From the human T2T-CHM13v2.0 reference genome, Homo sapiens: DNA of 64,000 nucleotides. The stretch's first letter is position 1; each line of letters starts with the position of its first letter. Shown one piece after another: positions 1 through 13,898 of the stretch. Under the pieces are notes generated by a model that did no database searches, was not told where the DNA came from, and saw only the letters and a list, made by a program, of their open reading frames with translations. The translations under genes were made by a program, and so were the position numbers. Location: the NCBI RefSeq assembly GCF_009914755.1, contig NC_060935.1; one strand, 5' to 3'.

Positions 1-220
1 TCAGCCTCTCACTTACCACATGCTCTCCTTATAACCTAAACTTTTCCTTGGAAGCATTTACCACAGCTGTAATCAAAAGGTTTTCTGCATAATTAATGAT
101 CCAGATTTTTTTTCCTCCCTAGACAAACATGATGGCATTGGCACAGTTATATTAACAACACATGGCATACCCAGAACCCAGCAGACATTCAATAAACAGT
201 TGCTGAATAAATAAGTAAAG
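1..220 (+). mobile_element. L2 3' end relic
   Basis: 'cagcagacattcaataaacagttgctgaataaataa' resembles the L2 3' terminus (ctcaataaatatttgttgaatgaatgaa). Confidence 0.5.
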
Positions 221-1279
221 TATCACTTTTGAGTGTAGAATATTTCTTTTGGAAATAATCCAAAACTCACATTTGATAGGTAGAAGACATTTTCCCTCCC
301 TTTTATTTTTAGAGAAAGTTGCATTTATAATTATGATCCCATTATGTGGCTGGGAAGATGTTGATTATAACTGCTCTCAAATTACTGAAATCAATATAAT
401 AATGAAACATTTATACTGAGTGCAAAATGAGTACTTTTGTTTATTTGTATATGATGTAAGCAGAAGCCCTGACCTAAGCTTGACAATCTCTGCAAGCCAT
501 ATGGAAAATATCACTGTCACTGATGTTTCATGAGCCTAAATAATGCTATAACTTCTCTCTAAGAAATATCAGTGTGCTGACCCAGAGGCTTAGTTTTCAT
601 TATACATATAAAGATATAAATCACAAGGTTTCCCTTTTAATACACTCATGTAAAATTGCAGAATTTGTCACCTGACTGTTCTGGGTTAAGTCATACACAG
701 AGAGACCTAATTATTCAGCTGGTGGCAGGGTAGCAGGGTGCAGAAGATGCAGTGAATATAGACATGCTGCTTCACTTTAAGACATAAATAATAATATTTC
801 CTTTTTTAATACACCTAAGCAAAACTCAGTTCTTACCACCCTAGTTGTTTAAGTCCTCATTCTCAGACCAATGGTGGGACAAAGGCAGATGAAGAAAAAG
901 GATGTAATGAATATAAATGTGCAAGGGAAAAGAAAACTTATTTATAAGATTTTATTTTTCCTTATATAATTTGCTTTCAAATTTTAGCCAGTGTTCTTGA
1001 AATACTGGATTCAACCAGAATTGAAATGAAACTCTCATGAAAGCTAGCATTTAATGATCTCTGGAATGTCCTATACATTTTCTTGAAAACAGCTGAAAGT
1101 TCTAGTAATGATGAATAATGTACTTTCTCAGCAATCAAAGGGAGACCTAGTCTCAAGCTTGAAAAAGCTCACATCTGAAGCCATCACTAAGTTGTTTGCC
1201 ACTGGGATTATTGGGCAAAAAATTAAATGAGGGTACCCCTGTAAAATCTTTTAAGTTAAGACAATCTAGGATACCACTT

Positions 1280-3395
1280 AACTTTCCTTTAGCAGCAACG
1301 CAGACCCTAGAGTCACTGTCTCTCCCTGCATACCTATCCTCCCAATCCCAACTTCATGGCTGCTCAGTATGTATCACCATCTCAATCACTGGAACCGCAA
1401 CCACTGTGGGCTGGCTATCCTGTGCCCTGGACCCTATGGCCACTGTCATTCTACAGGTGTCTATGCTCCTAACCCCAGCTCCATGGCTGTTCCATGTGCA
1501 CTTGCATGTCACGCCCTGAAGCTATCACCACTGTGGGCTAGCTACTGAAACAATGGGCTATCTAGCACAATGCCACCTATGAGCTGGACCTGGCACCAAG
1601 AGGAATCCCATCAGCCATGAAATCCCCCATAAGAAACAAACAACAACAAAAAGAGATCAGGAAGTCCTCAGCAGCCTTCCACCAATTACACCAACAGCCC
1701 TTGCTGCTACTGAAGATACCCAGAGCCTTGGCCATTGAGGACTCCTAAAATCTTCAAAGATGCTGATCAAAGGTGACAGACAGGCACAGATACTATACCA
1801 CTGGGCCTTTCCCAGAACTGTAACTGCCACACTCCACCCAGCTGGCACCCTCACATCTACCCACAGATGAAGGTCCTTCCCCACCAAAACCAGTCCATAA
1901 AACCTGGAAGAGGTAACTGGCTCCATCAAATATGCAGACATCAACACAAGACTATAACAAAAATTTTGTTTAAATCAAGAAAGATGACAACACCAAAGAG
2001 ACACAATAATTTTGTAGTAACAAACCCAAAGATGAATACCTAAAATTTCATGGACAAATAATTCAAAATAATTGTTTTAAGGAAGCTCTGTGAGCTCTAA
2101 GGGAAGATAAGCTGATAACTCAATGAAATCAGGAAAATAATAATGAAAGAATATACAAACAAAATGAGAAGTCCAACACACAGAAATCATTAAAAAGAAC
2201 CAAACAGAAATTCTGAAGCTGAAAAATATAATGAATGAAATGAGAATTGCAATAGAGAGCATCCACAACAGACTTGATCAAACCGAAAAATCTTTGAGCT
2301 TGAAGACAACTCATTAGAAATTATCCATGCAGAAGAGAAAAGAAAAAAAAAAGAAAAGCAATGGAGAAACATATGTGAATTATGGGACTCCACCAATGTA
2401 AACAATCAAATTATGAGAGTTCCAGAAGGTATAGAGAAGGAAAAAAAAACAGAAAGCTTATTTTAAAAAACGTAAATTACATTTTTCCAAATCTTGCAGA
2501 ATTATGGACATCCAGGTACCTGAAACTCATATGTCCCCATACAAGGTCAATTCATAAAGAACTTCATAAGGCACATTATAATAATAAAATCGTCAAAAAT
2601 CAAAGGCAAAGAAAGAATTTTGAAAGCAGCAAGAAAAAAAAGAAAACTCATCTCACACAAGGAAACTTCCATAAGACTATTAGCAAGTGTCTCAGAAGAA
2701 ACTTTGCAGGCTAAGAAAGAGTGGGATGATATCTTTAATCATTAAAATGAAATAACTGTCAACTAAGAATAATTTACACACAAAAAAGCTGCCCTTCAGA
2801 AATAAAGGTGAGATAAAGACTTTCCCAGACAAACAAAAGCTGAGGAAGTTCATTACCAGTAAACCTGCCTTACAAGAAATACTAAAGAGAGTTCTTCAAG
2901 TTAACATGAAAGGATGCTAACTAACCACATGAAAACATATGAAAGTCTAAAAGTCCCTATAAAGGTAACAGTATAGTCAAATTCAGAATACTCTAATATG
3001 GTAATATTGGTGCTTAAATCACTATTAACTCTAATATAAAAGTTAAAAGACAAAAATATTAAAATAACTATAGCTACAATAATTTGTTAATAGATATACA
3101 ATATTAAAAAGTATAAATTATGACATCAATAACATAAATGTGGAGGGAGAGGTAAAAGTGCAGTTTTTGTTAAGTGTACAGTATCTAGATGAAGTTATAT
3201 ATTATTAGCATAAAATACTGGTATAATTATAAATATTTTATGTAAGCCTCCTGGAAACCACTAAGAAAAAACCCGTAGTACATTCAAATAAAAAGGAGAA
3301 TTAGATCGAAGCATAACACTATTTAAAAACTCATCAAATCATAAAGGATGACAGCAAGGGAGAAAGTAAGAAACAAAGAATGTATAAAACATTCA
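1280..3395 (+). mobile_element. Old L1M (L1MA/L1M2-like) 5'UTR + decayed ORF1 + inter-ORF region
   Basis: ORF1-like motifs 'aagactttcccagacaaacaaaagctgaggaagttcattaccagtaaacctgccttacaagaaatactaaagagagttctt'; A-rich coiled-coil-coding tract; many stops. Confidence 0.8.
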
Positions 3396-3703
3396 GGTCC
3401 GGGCATGGTGGCTCACACCTGTAATCACAGCACTTTGGGAGGCCTAGGCGAGCAGATCACCTGAGGTCAGGAGTTCAAGACCAGCCTGGCCAACATGTTG
3501 AAACCCTTCTCTACTAAAAATACAAAAATTTGCCGGGCATGGTGGTGGGAGCCTGTAATCCCAGTTCCTCAGGAGGCTGAAGCAGGAGAATCACTTGAAC
3601 CCAGGAAGTGGAGGTTGCAGTTAGCCGATTGTGCCATTGCACTCCTGCCTGGGCAACAGAGCAAAAACTCCATCTCAGAAAAAAAAAAAAAAAGAAAAGA
3701 AAA
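3396..3703 (+). mobile_element. AluS (Sx/Sq-like)
   Basis: Dimeric Alu with 'cacctgaggtcaggagttc' and A-tail. Confidence 0.95.
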
Positions 3704-3705
3704 GT

Positions 3706-4011
<306 letters not shown>

Positions 4012-4342
4012 TAGAGAGAGAGAGAAAATGCAGGGGAGAAAGAAACCCTAATTGTGGTCTCTGCAGAGTGAGCGAGACAGGCAAATTTTGATGAGACTTC
4101 AAAACTTGGGCAAAGAAATTGGGATGGAATGGGATTTTAATTTTTGTTCCTTTGGCCTGAGGACAAATTACAATGATCACATTATGTAGGCAGGCTAATT
4201 CCCTGAAAGAAAGCCTTCCACCAGGCAGGGACTGAACAATTGAGCCTGGAGGATTCACAGTCACCAGAAAATGAAGAGGCAGTCTTAGAGAGTAGAAATC
4301 TAAAGAAGGGGGCTCCAAATGATGTGTAAGATTTCTAATACA

Positions 4343-4634
4343 GGCCGGGCGCGGTGGCTCATGCCTGTAATCCCAGCACTTTGGGAGGCCGAGGCAGGCG
4401 GATCACCTGAGATCAGAAGTTCGAGGCCAGTCTGGCCAACATGGTGAAACCCCGTCTCTACAAAAATACGAAAATTAGCCAAGTATGATGGCGGGTTCCT
4501 ATAATCCCAGCTACTCAGGAGGCTGAGGCAAGAGAATTGCTTGAACCCAGGAGGCGGCCAAGATTGCGCCACTGCACTCCAGCCTGGGTGACGGAGTGAG
4601 ACTCCGTCTCAAAACAAAAGAAAACAAAAAAACA
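4343..4634 (+). mobile_element. AluS with small right-arm deletion
   Basis: Full Alu lacking 'aggttgcagtgag' at ~4557; degenerate TSD agatttctaataca/agaattctgaaaca. Confidence 0.93.
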
Positions 4635-4639
4635 GAATT

Positions 4640-5895
4640 CTGAAACATATGTGCTGGATATACTCAAAAAACAACCCCTCTAAAACTAAACTAATCTGAG
4701 ATCTAAACCTCCACTGCAAGTGAGACAGACTCACTTTCTTATCTGAGTTTAATCAAGTTAAGTGCCTAGTAATACAAAAACATCACCACTCTTCAGATGA
4801 TTAAAATATACATAGCATCCTGACACATAAATTCACAACATTTAGGAGACAATCCCAAATTACTCAAATTATAACATGCTAGGAAAGTATGAGCCATTCT
4901 CGTGAAGAAAGACAAACATTAGATGTCAACCCAAAATGACCCAGATTTGGAGATTATCAGGCAATGACTTTAAAGAAGCTATTAAAACTATGCCCACAAG
5001 TTGAAGAAAAATATGTTTAAATGAAACAAAAGAGTAGGAATCTTGGCAGAGAAATAGAAAATTAAAAGTAAATTGGAATTTTAGAACTAAAATATACAAA
5101 ATCTGAAATGAAATTAGCTAAATGGGCTTAAAAACACAAATGAACATAATGGAGGAAATATTCAATAAGCTTGAAAATAAATCAATAAAAATTATTCCAT
5201 CTGAAAAAGAGAGAAAAGATTGAAAAATAATATGCAGAACCTCAGGAGCATGTGGGGAGATCTCAAAACTACAGAATATGTGTAATTTTTGTCCAAAAGA
5301 AGAAAAGAGAGAACAAAGAAAGAAAGATTATTTGAAGAAAGAATAGCTGAAAACCCCCAAATATGGTAAAGGACATCTATACTGATTCACACATTCAAGA
5401 ACCATAGCTGAAAACCCCTAAATATGGTAAAGGACATCTATACTGATCCACACATTCAAGAACCTTAGCAAACACTAAGCAGGATAAGCATTACTAAAAC
5501 CACATCTAGGCATATCATAGTCAAACTGCTGAACCCAAACACAAAAAGAAAAAAAATGAAAACAACCAGAAATAAGCATATTGCAGGAAGGGAACAGAGA
5601 TTCAAATAACCGTGAACTTTTCAGAAACTATGAGATCCAGAAAACAGTGTGATTTGTTTTAAATTGCTGAAAGAAAATTGTCAGCCTAGAATTCTATATC
5701 CTTTACAAATAAAGGTTTAAAAAAGTCACTTTCATATAAAATAAACTAAGAGAATTTATTGCCAGAAGACCCACACTAAAAGGCATGCTAAAAGGAAATT
5801 CTTCAGACTAAATGAATTTGACAGAGTTAAACACAGATCTTTTAAGAATGAACAAAAAGCATCCAAAATAGTAAAAACTTGGTTCATATAAGAAC
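4640..5895 (+). mobile_element. Old L1M (L1MC/MD/ME-like) decayed ORF1
   Basis: 'tcagcctagaattctatatcc', 'agagaatttattgccagaagacccacactaaaa', 'aaaaccacatctaggcatatcatagtcaaactgctg'. Confidence 0.75.
5343..5464. repeat. 61-bp tandem duplication (2 copies, 2 mismatches)
   Basis: 5343-5403 and 5404-5464 both read atagctgaaaacccc(c/t)aaatatggtaaaggacatctatactgat(t/c)cacacattcaagaacc. Confidence 0.97.
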
Positions 5896-5897
5896 CA

Positions 5898-6188
5898 TTT
5901 TTTTTTGAGACAGGGTCTCACTCTGTCATCTTGGCTGGAGTGTGGGGGTGCAATCATAGCTCATTGAAACCTAGAAATCCTAGGCTCAAGTAATCCTCCC
6001 ATCTCAGCCTCGTGAGTAGTTAGGACTACAGGCACATTGCACCATGCCAGGAGAATTTTTTCTAGTTTTTGTAGAAATGGGATCTCACTGTGTTGCCCAG
6101 GCTGGTCTTAAACTTCTGGCCTCAAGCAATTCTCCCACTTCAGCCTCCCAAAGTGCTAGGATTACAAGAATGAGCTACCATGTCTAGC
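5898..6188 (-). mobile_element. AluJ
   Basis: Antisense Alu with J-type 'gcaatcatagctca', 'ggctcaagtaatcctccc'. Confidence 0.92.
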
Positions 6189-6244
6189 AAATTTTTCTTT
6201 CTTAATGTCTTTAAAATATATACAAATACTTAAAGCAAAAGTTG

Positions 6245-6780
6245 TATTATATTTACCATGTGATCCAGCCATTCAACTCCTAGATATATGTACCCAAGAG
6301 AAATGAAAACATGTCCACAAATGTTTACAGCAGCATTATTCACAATAGCCAATGTCCAAAAACTGGATACATATAAATGCTTACCAAACAGTGACTAGAT
6401 AAATAAAATGTGGTGTATTTACACAACGAACTACTACTCTGCAAATAAAAAGGAACAAATTTCTGATGCATGCACCATGCATAAGTATAAAAAAAATCAA
6501 AGAATACACAGTGTGTGTGACTCCATTTATAAAAAAATTCTAGAAAATGTAAAATAATCTACAATGGCAAAAACAGATCAGTGGATTTCCTAGGCTGGGG
6601 CAGAGGGATGTTTGGACTGCAAAAGAGCACAAGGAAGCTTTTGAGGTGATGGGAATGTTCTGTAACTCGATTTTGACTGTGGTTTTCCTGATGTCAAAAT
6701 TCATCTATGTACTATATACCTCCAATGGCTGCAGTTTATTGTATCTAAAATATTATTCAATTAAATTGATGAAAAAATTT
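6245..6780 (+). mobile_element. Old L1M ORF2 end/3'UTR
   Basis: 'ccatgtgatccagccattcaactcctag...acccaagagaaatgaaaacatgtccac'; 'aaatgtggtgtatttacacaacgaactactac'. Confidence 0.8.
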
Positions 6781-7160
6781 CAAAGTAAAAAAATAGTAGG
6801 AAGAAATGAGTTGTCTAAGAAACCAAGCACAAGAGAGGGTGGTAAAAATGAAAAGTGTTTAAGTGTTTGTAAGAAATAAAATGTGATGGCTTACATATGC
6901 CCACAAATGAGACTAAAGTGCATTTGAGGAAGGCTTCCTCTTTCCCAAAAGATGATTTTACACTGACTGCTACACACTTACAGGTCAGTGTGTTCCTTTT
7001 CCCCTACCTCTGATCCATAGTCATCAAATAACTGTTGTCTCAGGACAAAATTTCCTGCTCAAGAATATCCCAGACATTATAGAAAACCAGTATTTTGGAA
7101 GTTGAAAGATTCTGAAACATTTAATCATAATTGCATATTTGTAAATTTATAAAAAAGACA

Positions 7161-7596
7161 TTGAGCCAACCCAAATGCCCATCAAGGATAGACCAGATAA
7201 AGGAAATGTGGTACATATACACCCTATGCAGCCATAAAAAGAATGAGCTCATGTCCTTTGCAGGGACATGGATGAAACTGGAAGCCATCATCCTCAGCAA
7301 ACTAATACAGGAACAGAAAACCAAACACCACATGTTCTCACCTATAAGTGGGAGTTGAACAATGAGAACACATGGACACAGGGAGGGGAACATCACACAC
7401 CAGGGCCTGTCAGGGCATGGGGGGCAAGGGGAGGGAGAGCATTAGGACAAATACCTAATGCATGCGGGGCTTAAAACCTAGATGATGGGTTGATAGGTGC
7501 AGCAAACCACCATGGCACATGTATACCTATGTAACAAACCTGCACGTTCTGCACATGTATCCCAGAACTTAAAGTAAAATCAGAAAGAAAAGAAAA
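7161..7596 (+). mobile_element. L1PA (PA7/8-like) 3' end, 5'-truncated
   Basis: ORF2 C-terminus (MKLEAIILSKLIQEQKTKHHMFSPISGS) and 3'UTR 'gcagcaaaccaccatggcacatgtatacctatgtaacaaacctgcacg'. Confidence 0.92.
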
Positions 7597-7784
7597 TACT
7601 TTATAATTATATTTAAATATTTGATATAATTGTATTTGAATATAATTTAAATACTAAATAATTTGAATATTAAATACAATTATATTTAACATCTATTCCA
7701 TAAAATTATTTTGGATGAGTTAATTTGTCTCATTGTTACCAGGGTTGACTGAAGAGCACTAAGTATTTCTTAGATTTTTAAAAA

Positions 7785-8500
7785 GTAAACTAATGTATGA
7801 TTCAGCAATTGCACTCCTTGGTGTTTACTCTGATGAACTGAAAACTTATGTCCATACAAAAACCTGCACGTGGATATTTATAACAGCCTTATCCATAATT
7901 GCCAAAACCTGGAAACAACCAAGATGTCCCTTGTAAGTGAATGAATAAATAAACTATGGTACATCAGACAATGGAATATTACTCAGCACTAAAAGGAAAT
8001 GACCTATCAAACCAGGAAAAGACATGGAAGAAACTTAAATACATATTACTAAGTGAAATAAGCCAACCTTCAAGAGCTACCTACTGTATAATTCCAACTA
8101 TACGACATTCTGGAAAAGGGATAACTATAGAAATAGAAAAGAAAAAAAAAAGATCAGTAGTAGCCAGGGTTTAGTAGGGAAGAAGGGAAAAATTGGTGGA
8201 ACACAGAGGATTTTTAGGGAACTATATGATACTGTAGTAGTAGATACATGCCAGTAGACATTTGTCAAAACCTATAGAATGTACAATACCAAGGGAGAAC
8301 CCTAATGTAAACTTTAGGTGATGATATGGCAACACAGGTTCATTTAATGTACCATTGTGGTGCGGGATGTGGATAGCGGAGTAGATTGCATGTGTGTGGG
8401 GACATGGGATTTACAGGAACTCTCTGCGCTTTCTGCTCAATTTTGCTAAAACTAAAACTTCTATAAAAATAGAATTTCTTGATTAAAAAATAATAATAAA
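7785..8500 (+). mobile_element. L1MC/MD-like 3' end
   Basis: 'gattcagcaattgcactccttgg', 'gaaaagacatggaagaaacttaaatacatattactaagtgaaa'. Confidence 0.8.
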
Positions 8501-9399
8501 ACTGTCTCTAAGAGCACATTTACTAAAAGAACATTGGCTTTAGATCTAATGGAAAGACAAAAACAGCAGGCTCTAGTATTGTTAAAATTACCAGAAGGAT
8601 TTTGCTTTTTAATATTTCATTTTACTCCCTGAAGAGCTAAGTTTGAGCCAACCACTTAAAAAAGAATTTGGACTGAATCAGAATCAAAATTTTATTGGAA
8701 AAGTTTTGAACAGTTTTCATAATTTCATTTTTTAAAAATAAATGCATTACTTAACCTCTCTTGTATTTTCTATTTTGGGAGTAATAGGCAGAGAAATGTG
8801 TTTAGGCTACTGTATGATAATCAGTTCTTACTAATATGGGAAGAAGGAAGAGAAGGATGAGGAAGAAAAGGAAAAAGATGACAGAATGTGGAAGGAAGAG
8901 AGGAGAAGAAGAAGAACAAGCTCTCTTTTTATAATTTTATCCTGTACTTCTTATCTATATCATCCTGTCAGAAAACCTCTCTCTGTAGAATCACAGTAAA
9001 TGGAACCAGCATGTGTTGTGTTTTATGTGGTTTATATAATTTATTTTGAAGGGACAAAAATTTTTAAAAAGTAACTCAATAGAACCAGAATGGAAAGGTT
9101 TTATTGTGATTTTATGTGATCTTAAATGCTACATAGAACTATCTGGACCTAAAATAGAGGAGAAAGAGATTATACCAGAAGGCTCCAAATTTAATAAAAT
9201 AGACTCCACATACAGAAATTCTGGCAGGCTAGCAGAAAGTGACTTAGAAAACAGTTATGTCTCCATCACAATATGCAACCCTCCAAGATCCCTGAGCTTG
9301 GTTTGCATAAAACAGGACAGTTCTCTTGATGCAGGGATTGTTGGCCATTTCTGTATAAAGGGACTTCTCTTTCCTGGGATAGCTAAGGCATTTACTAAG

Positions 9400-11851
9400 T
9401 GTATTAGTCAGTTCTTGCACTGCTATAAAGAAATACCTGAGACTGGATAATTTATAAAGAAAAGAGGTTTAATTGGCTCATGGTTCTACAGGCTGTACAG
9501 AAAGCATGATGCTGGCACCTGCTTGGCTTCTGAGGAAGCCTCAGGAAACTTAAAATCATTGCAGAAGTCAAAGGGGGAGCAAGCACTTCACATGGCCAGA
9601 GCAGGAGAAAGAAAGCAACAGGGGATGTGCTACACACTTTTAAACAACCAGATCTCATGAGAACTCACTCACTCTTGTGACAACAGTACCCTCGGAGAAA
9701 TCTGCCTCCGTGATCCAATCACCTCACACCCGGCCCCACCTCCAACACTGGAGATTACAATTGAACATGAGATTTGGGCAGGGACATATATCCAAACCAT
9801 ATCATTCTGCCCCTGGCCCCTCCCTAAACTCATGTCCTTCTCACTTTTCAAAATCCCTTCTCAACAGTCCCCCACAGTCTTAACTTCTTTAAGCATTAAA
9901 TCAAAAGTCCAAAGTTCAAAGTCTCATCTGAGACAAAGCAAGTCACTTCCACTTCTAAGCCTGTAAAATCAAAAACAAGTTAATTACCCCCCAAGGTAAA
10001 ATGCGAGTATCGGCATTGGGTAAATATTCTCATTCCAAAAGGGAGAGATCAGCCAAAAAATTAAAAAAAAAAAAAAAAAGGAGGGCTCCTGGCCCCATGT
10101 AGCCTGAAACCAAGCAGGGCAGTCATTAAATCTTAAAGCTCCAAAATAATTTCTTTTGACTCCACGTCTCATCCCGGGCACACTGTGGCAAGGGGTGGGC
10201 TTCCAAGGCCTTGGGCAGTCCTGCCCTGTGGCTTTGCAGGATTTAGCCCCTGCAGCAGCTCTCAAGGGCTAGTGTTGAGTGGCTATGGCTTTTTCAGACC
10301 GAGGGTACAAGCTGCTGGTGGCTCTACCATGCTTTATCATTCTGGGGGCTGGAGGACGATGACCCTCTTCTCACAGATCCACTAGGCAGTGCCTCAGTGG
10401 GGACTCTGCGTGCGGGCTTCAACCCCACACTTCCCCTCTGCACTACCCTAGTAGAGGTTCTCCATGAGGGTTCTACCTCTCATTCAGGCTTCTGCCTGTA
10501 CATCCATGCATTTCCATACATTCTCTGAAATCTAGGTAGAGGCTCCCAAGTCTCAATTCTTGCATTCTGTGTGCCCACAGGCTTAACACCATGTGGAAAC
10601 AGCCAAGGCTTATAGCTTGCACCCTCCAGAGCAGCAGCCCAAGGTTTACATGGGCCCCTTTTAGCCATGGCTGAAGCTAGAGCTTCTGGGACACAGGAAG
10701 CAGGGTTCTGAGGCTGTGCATTGCAGTAAGTCTTGGGTCTGGCCTACAAAACCATTCTTCCCTCAGAGGCCTCTGGGCGTGTGATGGGAGGGGCTGCGAA
10801 GAAGGTCTCTGAAATGCCTTCAAGACTTTTTCCCAGTTGTCTTGGCTATTAGCATTTGGCTCCTCTTTACTTATGCAAATTTCTGCAGCCTGTTTGAATT
10901 CCTCCCCTAAAAATGGGCTCTTCTTTTCTACCACATGGCCAGGCTGCAAATTTTTCAAACTTTTATGCTCTTCCTCCCTTTTAAATACAAGTTCCAGTTT
11001 CAGACCATATCTTTGCTTACACATATGAGGAAAGGTTGCTAGAAGCAGCCAACCCATATCTTAAACACCTTTGCTCCTTAAAAATTTCTTCCACCAGTTA
11101 CCTTAAATCATCTCTCTCAAGTTCAAAGTTCCACTGATCCCTAGAGCAAGGGCACAATATAGCCAGGCTCTTTGCTAAAGTACAGCAAAAGTGAGCTTTA
11201 CTCTAGTTCTCAGTAAGTTCCTCATTTCCATCTGAGATCTCCTCAGCCTAGATGGACTTCATTGTCCACATCACTATCAGCATTTTGGTCACAACCATTC
11301 AACAAGTCTCTAGGTAGTTCCACACTTTCCCTCATCTTCCTGTCTTCTTCTGAGCCCTCCAAACTGTTTCAGCTTCTGCCTATTACCGAGTTCCAAAGCT
11401 GCTTGCACATTTTCAGGTATCTTTATAGAAATGCCCCACTCCTTAGTACCAATTTTCTGTATTAGTCAATTGTTACACTGCTATAAAGAAAGATCAGAGA
11501 CTGGGTAATTTATAAAGAGAAGAGGTTTAGTTGGCTCACAGTTCTGCAGGCTGTACAGGAAGCATCTTCTCAGCTTCTGGGGAGGCCTCAGGAAACATAC
11601 AATCATGGCAGAAGGCAAAGGGGGAGTGAGCACTTCACATGGCTGGAGCAGGAGGAAGAGAAAGAAAAAGGAGTTGTTACACACTTTTAAACAACCATAT
11701 CTCACAAGAACTCACTCACTATTAAAACGACAGTACCAAGGAAGAAATCTGCCCCCATAATCAAATCACTTCCCACCAGGCCCCACCTCCAACATTGGGG
11801 ATTACAATTGAACATGAGATTTGAGTGGGGACACATATCCAAACCATATCA
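9400..11851 (-). mobile_element. Complete MSTA (ERVL-MaLR) element: LTR 9400-9804, MST-int 9805-11457, LTR 11458-11851
   Basis: Two homologous LTRs (tgtattagtc...aaaccatatca) around a MaLR internal region; perfect 5-bp TSD ctaag at 9395-9399 and 11852-11856. Confidence 0.95.
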
Positions 11852-11929
11852 CTAAGCAATGAAAGGGAAGATTCCAGAGGTAAAGCAGAAGGTCCAATCC
11901 CCCAACCAAAGTTAATTTTACATCTTCCT

Positions 11930-12260
11930 AACATACTCGACACTTACTTCTTCATCCTGTCTCCTAAGAGTTCCACTATCCATCCCATTGCTGAAGTCAG
12001 TAACCTATGAGCAATCCACACTTCTTCCAGTTCCCCACTCTAGATATCCACTCACCAAATCCCTTTGGTTTCATATATACAATGGTACTAGATTCTGCGT
12101 ACCCTACTCCATTCCCACAGTCATTTTCCAAGTAGAGATCCTACTATCTCTTCCCTAGACTAGTATAATACCCTCCTCCCTAGCCTCCCTCTAATCTTAT
12201 GGGAATGCCTCCCATCCATTCTGCCCTTGACAGCCAGATCAACTTCCAAAATGCAAATCC
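11930..12260 (+). mobile_element. L2 fragment
   Basis: 'catcccattgctgaagtcagtaacctatgagcaatcc' resembles the L2 ORF2 NLGVILD region. Confidence 0.55.
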
Positions 12261-13115
12261 TACTGATCCATAGCCAGTAAGTACCCATATTGCCACACAA
12301 TTGTTTAAGTCTGTGTGGTTAAAATACATACCACCTGCTAAATATTAAATGTTATCCTGGGAGTTGATCTTGCCACTCTCTTCCTTAAAACCACTCTCTT
12401 ATTTAAAATGTGTTGCCTTCAGGATATAATTCAATGCAAAGCAGGAGAGATAATTTCCTAAAATACCATTTTTGTTTGTTATCTCCTTTACCATCTAATG
12501 CTGCTTCCAAACTGGTAACCAAGACTTGCAATTCTTTGCCCTAGAGATTCTGATGGGAGAAAATTAGAAACTGGGGTCTTTTATAAATGTCTACATCTTT
12601 TGAAGAGTAGACAGTACTTAGATTACATTAGATCACCTGGAAGATGAGGAGACAGAACTGATGAGGTCATAGGAAACAATTGTAGGGCATTGGGGGTGAA
12701 ATAGAAAAATGTATGCACAGTAGGAATCTAAACGCTACACCTCGAACAGTGCAGTAGAAAGGTAGAGAAGCCTCAGAATAAAAGGCGGAATGGTCCACCC
12801 AGAGAATCTAGATCCTAGACACTAGAGTTCCCACTTCAGCAAAGAGTCTCATAGGTGACTACAAAGCCACAAACCTGCAGGAACCAAAAGGATATGAAGG
12901 CTGGAACAATGGGCTCTCCATGACAACCACTGTGGTCAGATGATTGATGCGCTAAAGGGTCTCTCTAAATGTGTGAACTTAGGAGCATGGGAAGCTCCAA
13001 GAATAATGAAAGTGTTGTCTGTCTCATGAGCTCCTAAGGCATCCTATCGTGGATCTTATTATGCTCAATGTAGCTACCATTTTTTGTTGCCATTTTTGGC
13101 TACCATTGTCAGCCC

Positions 13116-13338
13116 AGGTGATAGTAAACTTTTTCTGTAAAGGGCCAGACAGTAAATATTTAACCCCAAATTGTGACCAATACAGTCTGGCACAGCCACT
13201 CAACTCTACCATTATACGACAAAACAGCCAAAGACAATATGTAAATGAATGGGCACATCAGAGTTCCAATAAAACTTTATTTGCAAAAACAAGCAGTGGG
13301 GCAGATTTGGCCCAAGGGCCGTAATTAGCCAACTTCTA
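13116..13338. mobile_element. MER58A (hAT-Charlie)
   Basis: 'aaactttttctgtaaagggccagacagtaaatattt' ... 'gttccaataaaactttatttgcaaaaacaagc...gatttggccc'. Confidence 0.88.
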
Positions 13339-13898
13339 GTCCAATGTATTAAATTATAAGCTCACTGAGGTCAGAGATCATATCTTTTACTAAACCAGCA
13401 AAAATTTACTGAGAATTTACCATCAAAATCCGTGAAAAGCAGCCATCAGGACTTAGTAGTGATTAAGACAAAATATGTTCTCTAATGTAGCTTAGATTCT
13501 ACTACAAAAGGGGAGATAGCACATAAATAAAATTAATATCTGAAAGCAATCAATCTTATTCACCAATGAGTCTCTACTGTCCTGCACAATATTCACTACC
13601 CACCAAGTACTGAGTATAAATTTGCTCAATGAATTTGCTCATGTCTAGTACTGTAACATTTTTGGCCCACCCTCAGCTCTTTCCTGCCTAAGCAGTTAGG
13701 GGCTTAAGCTGCTGAAACTTCCAAGAGGAAGTGGAGTTACAAGCTAGTCCTAAAGCAGCTGGCTCAATCACTCATTATTTTTAATGAAACCACAAGCCAG
13801 TGCCTGCCTCCAGCTCCTACCAGGAGCTGAAGAACTTCTTCAGTGTGGGCTCTCCTACAAGGACAAATCTGCTGAAGTAACAGGGAATGAACAGCTCT

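Noticed and set aside
7600-7690. 14-bp inverted repeat atataattgtattt/aaatacaattatat
   Set aside because: Lies in low-complexity AT sequence where such matches are expected.
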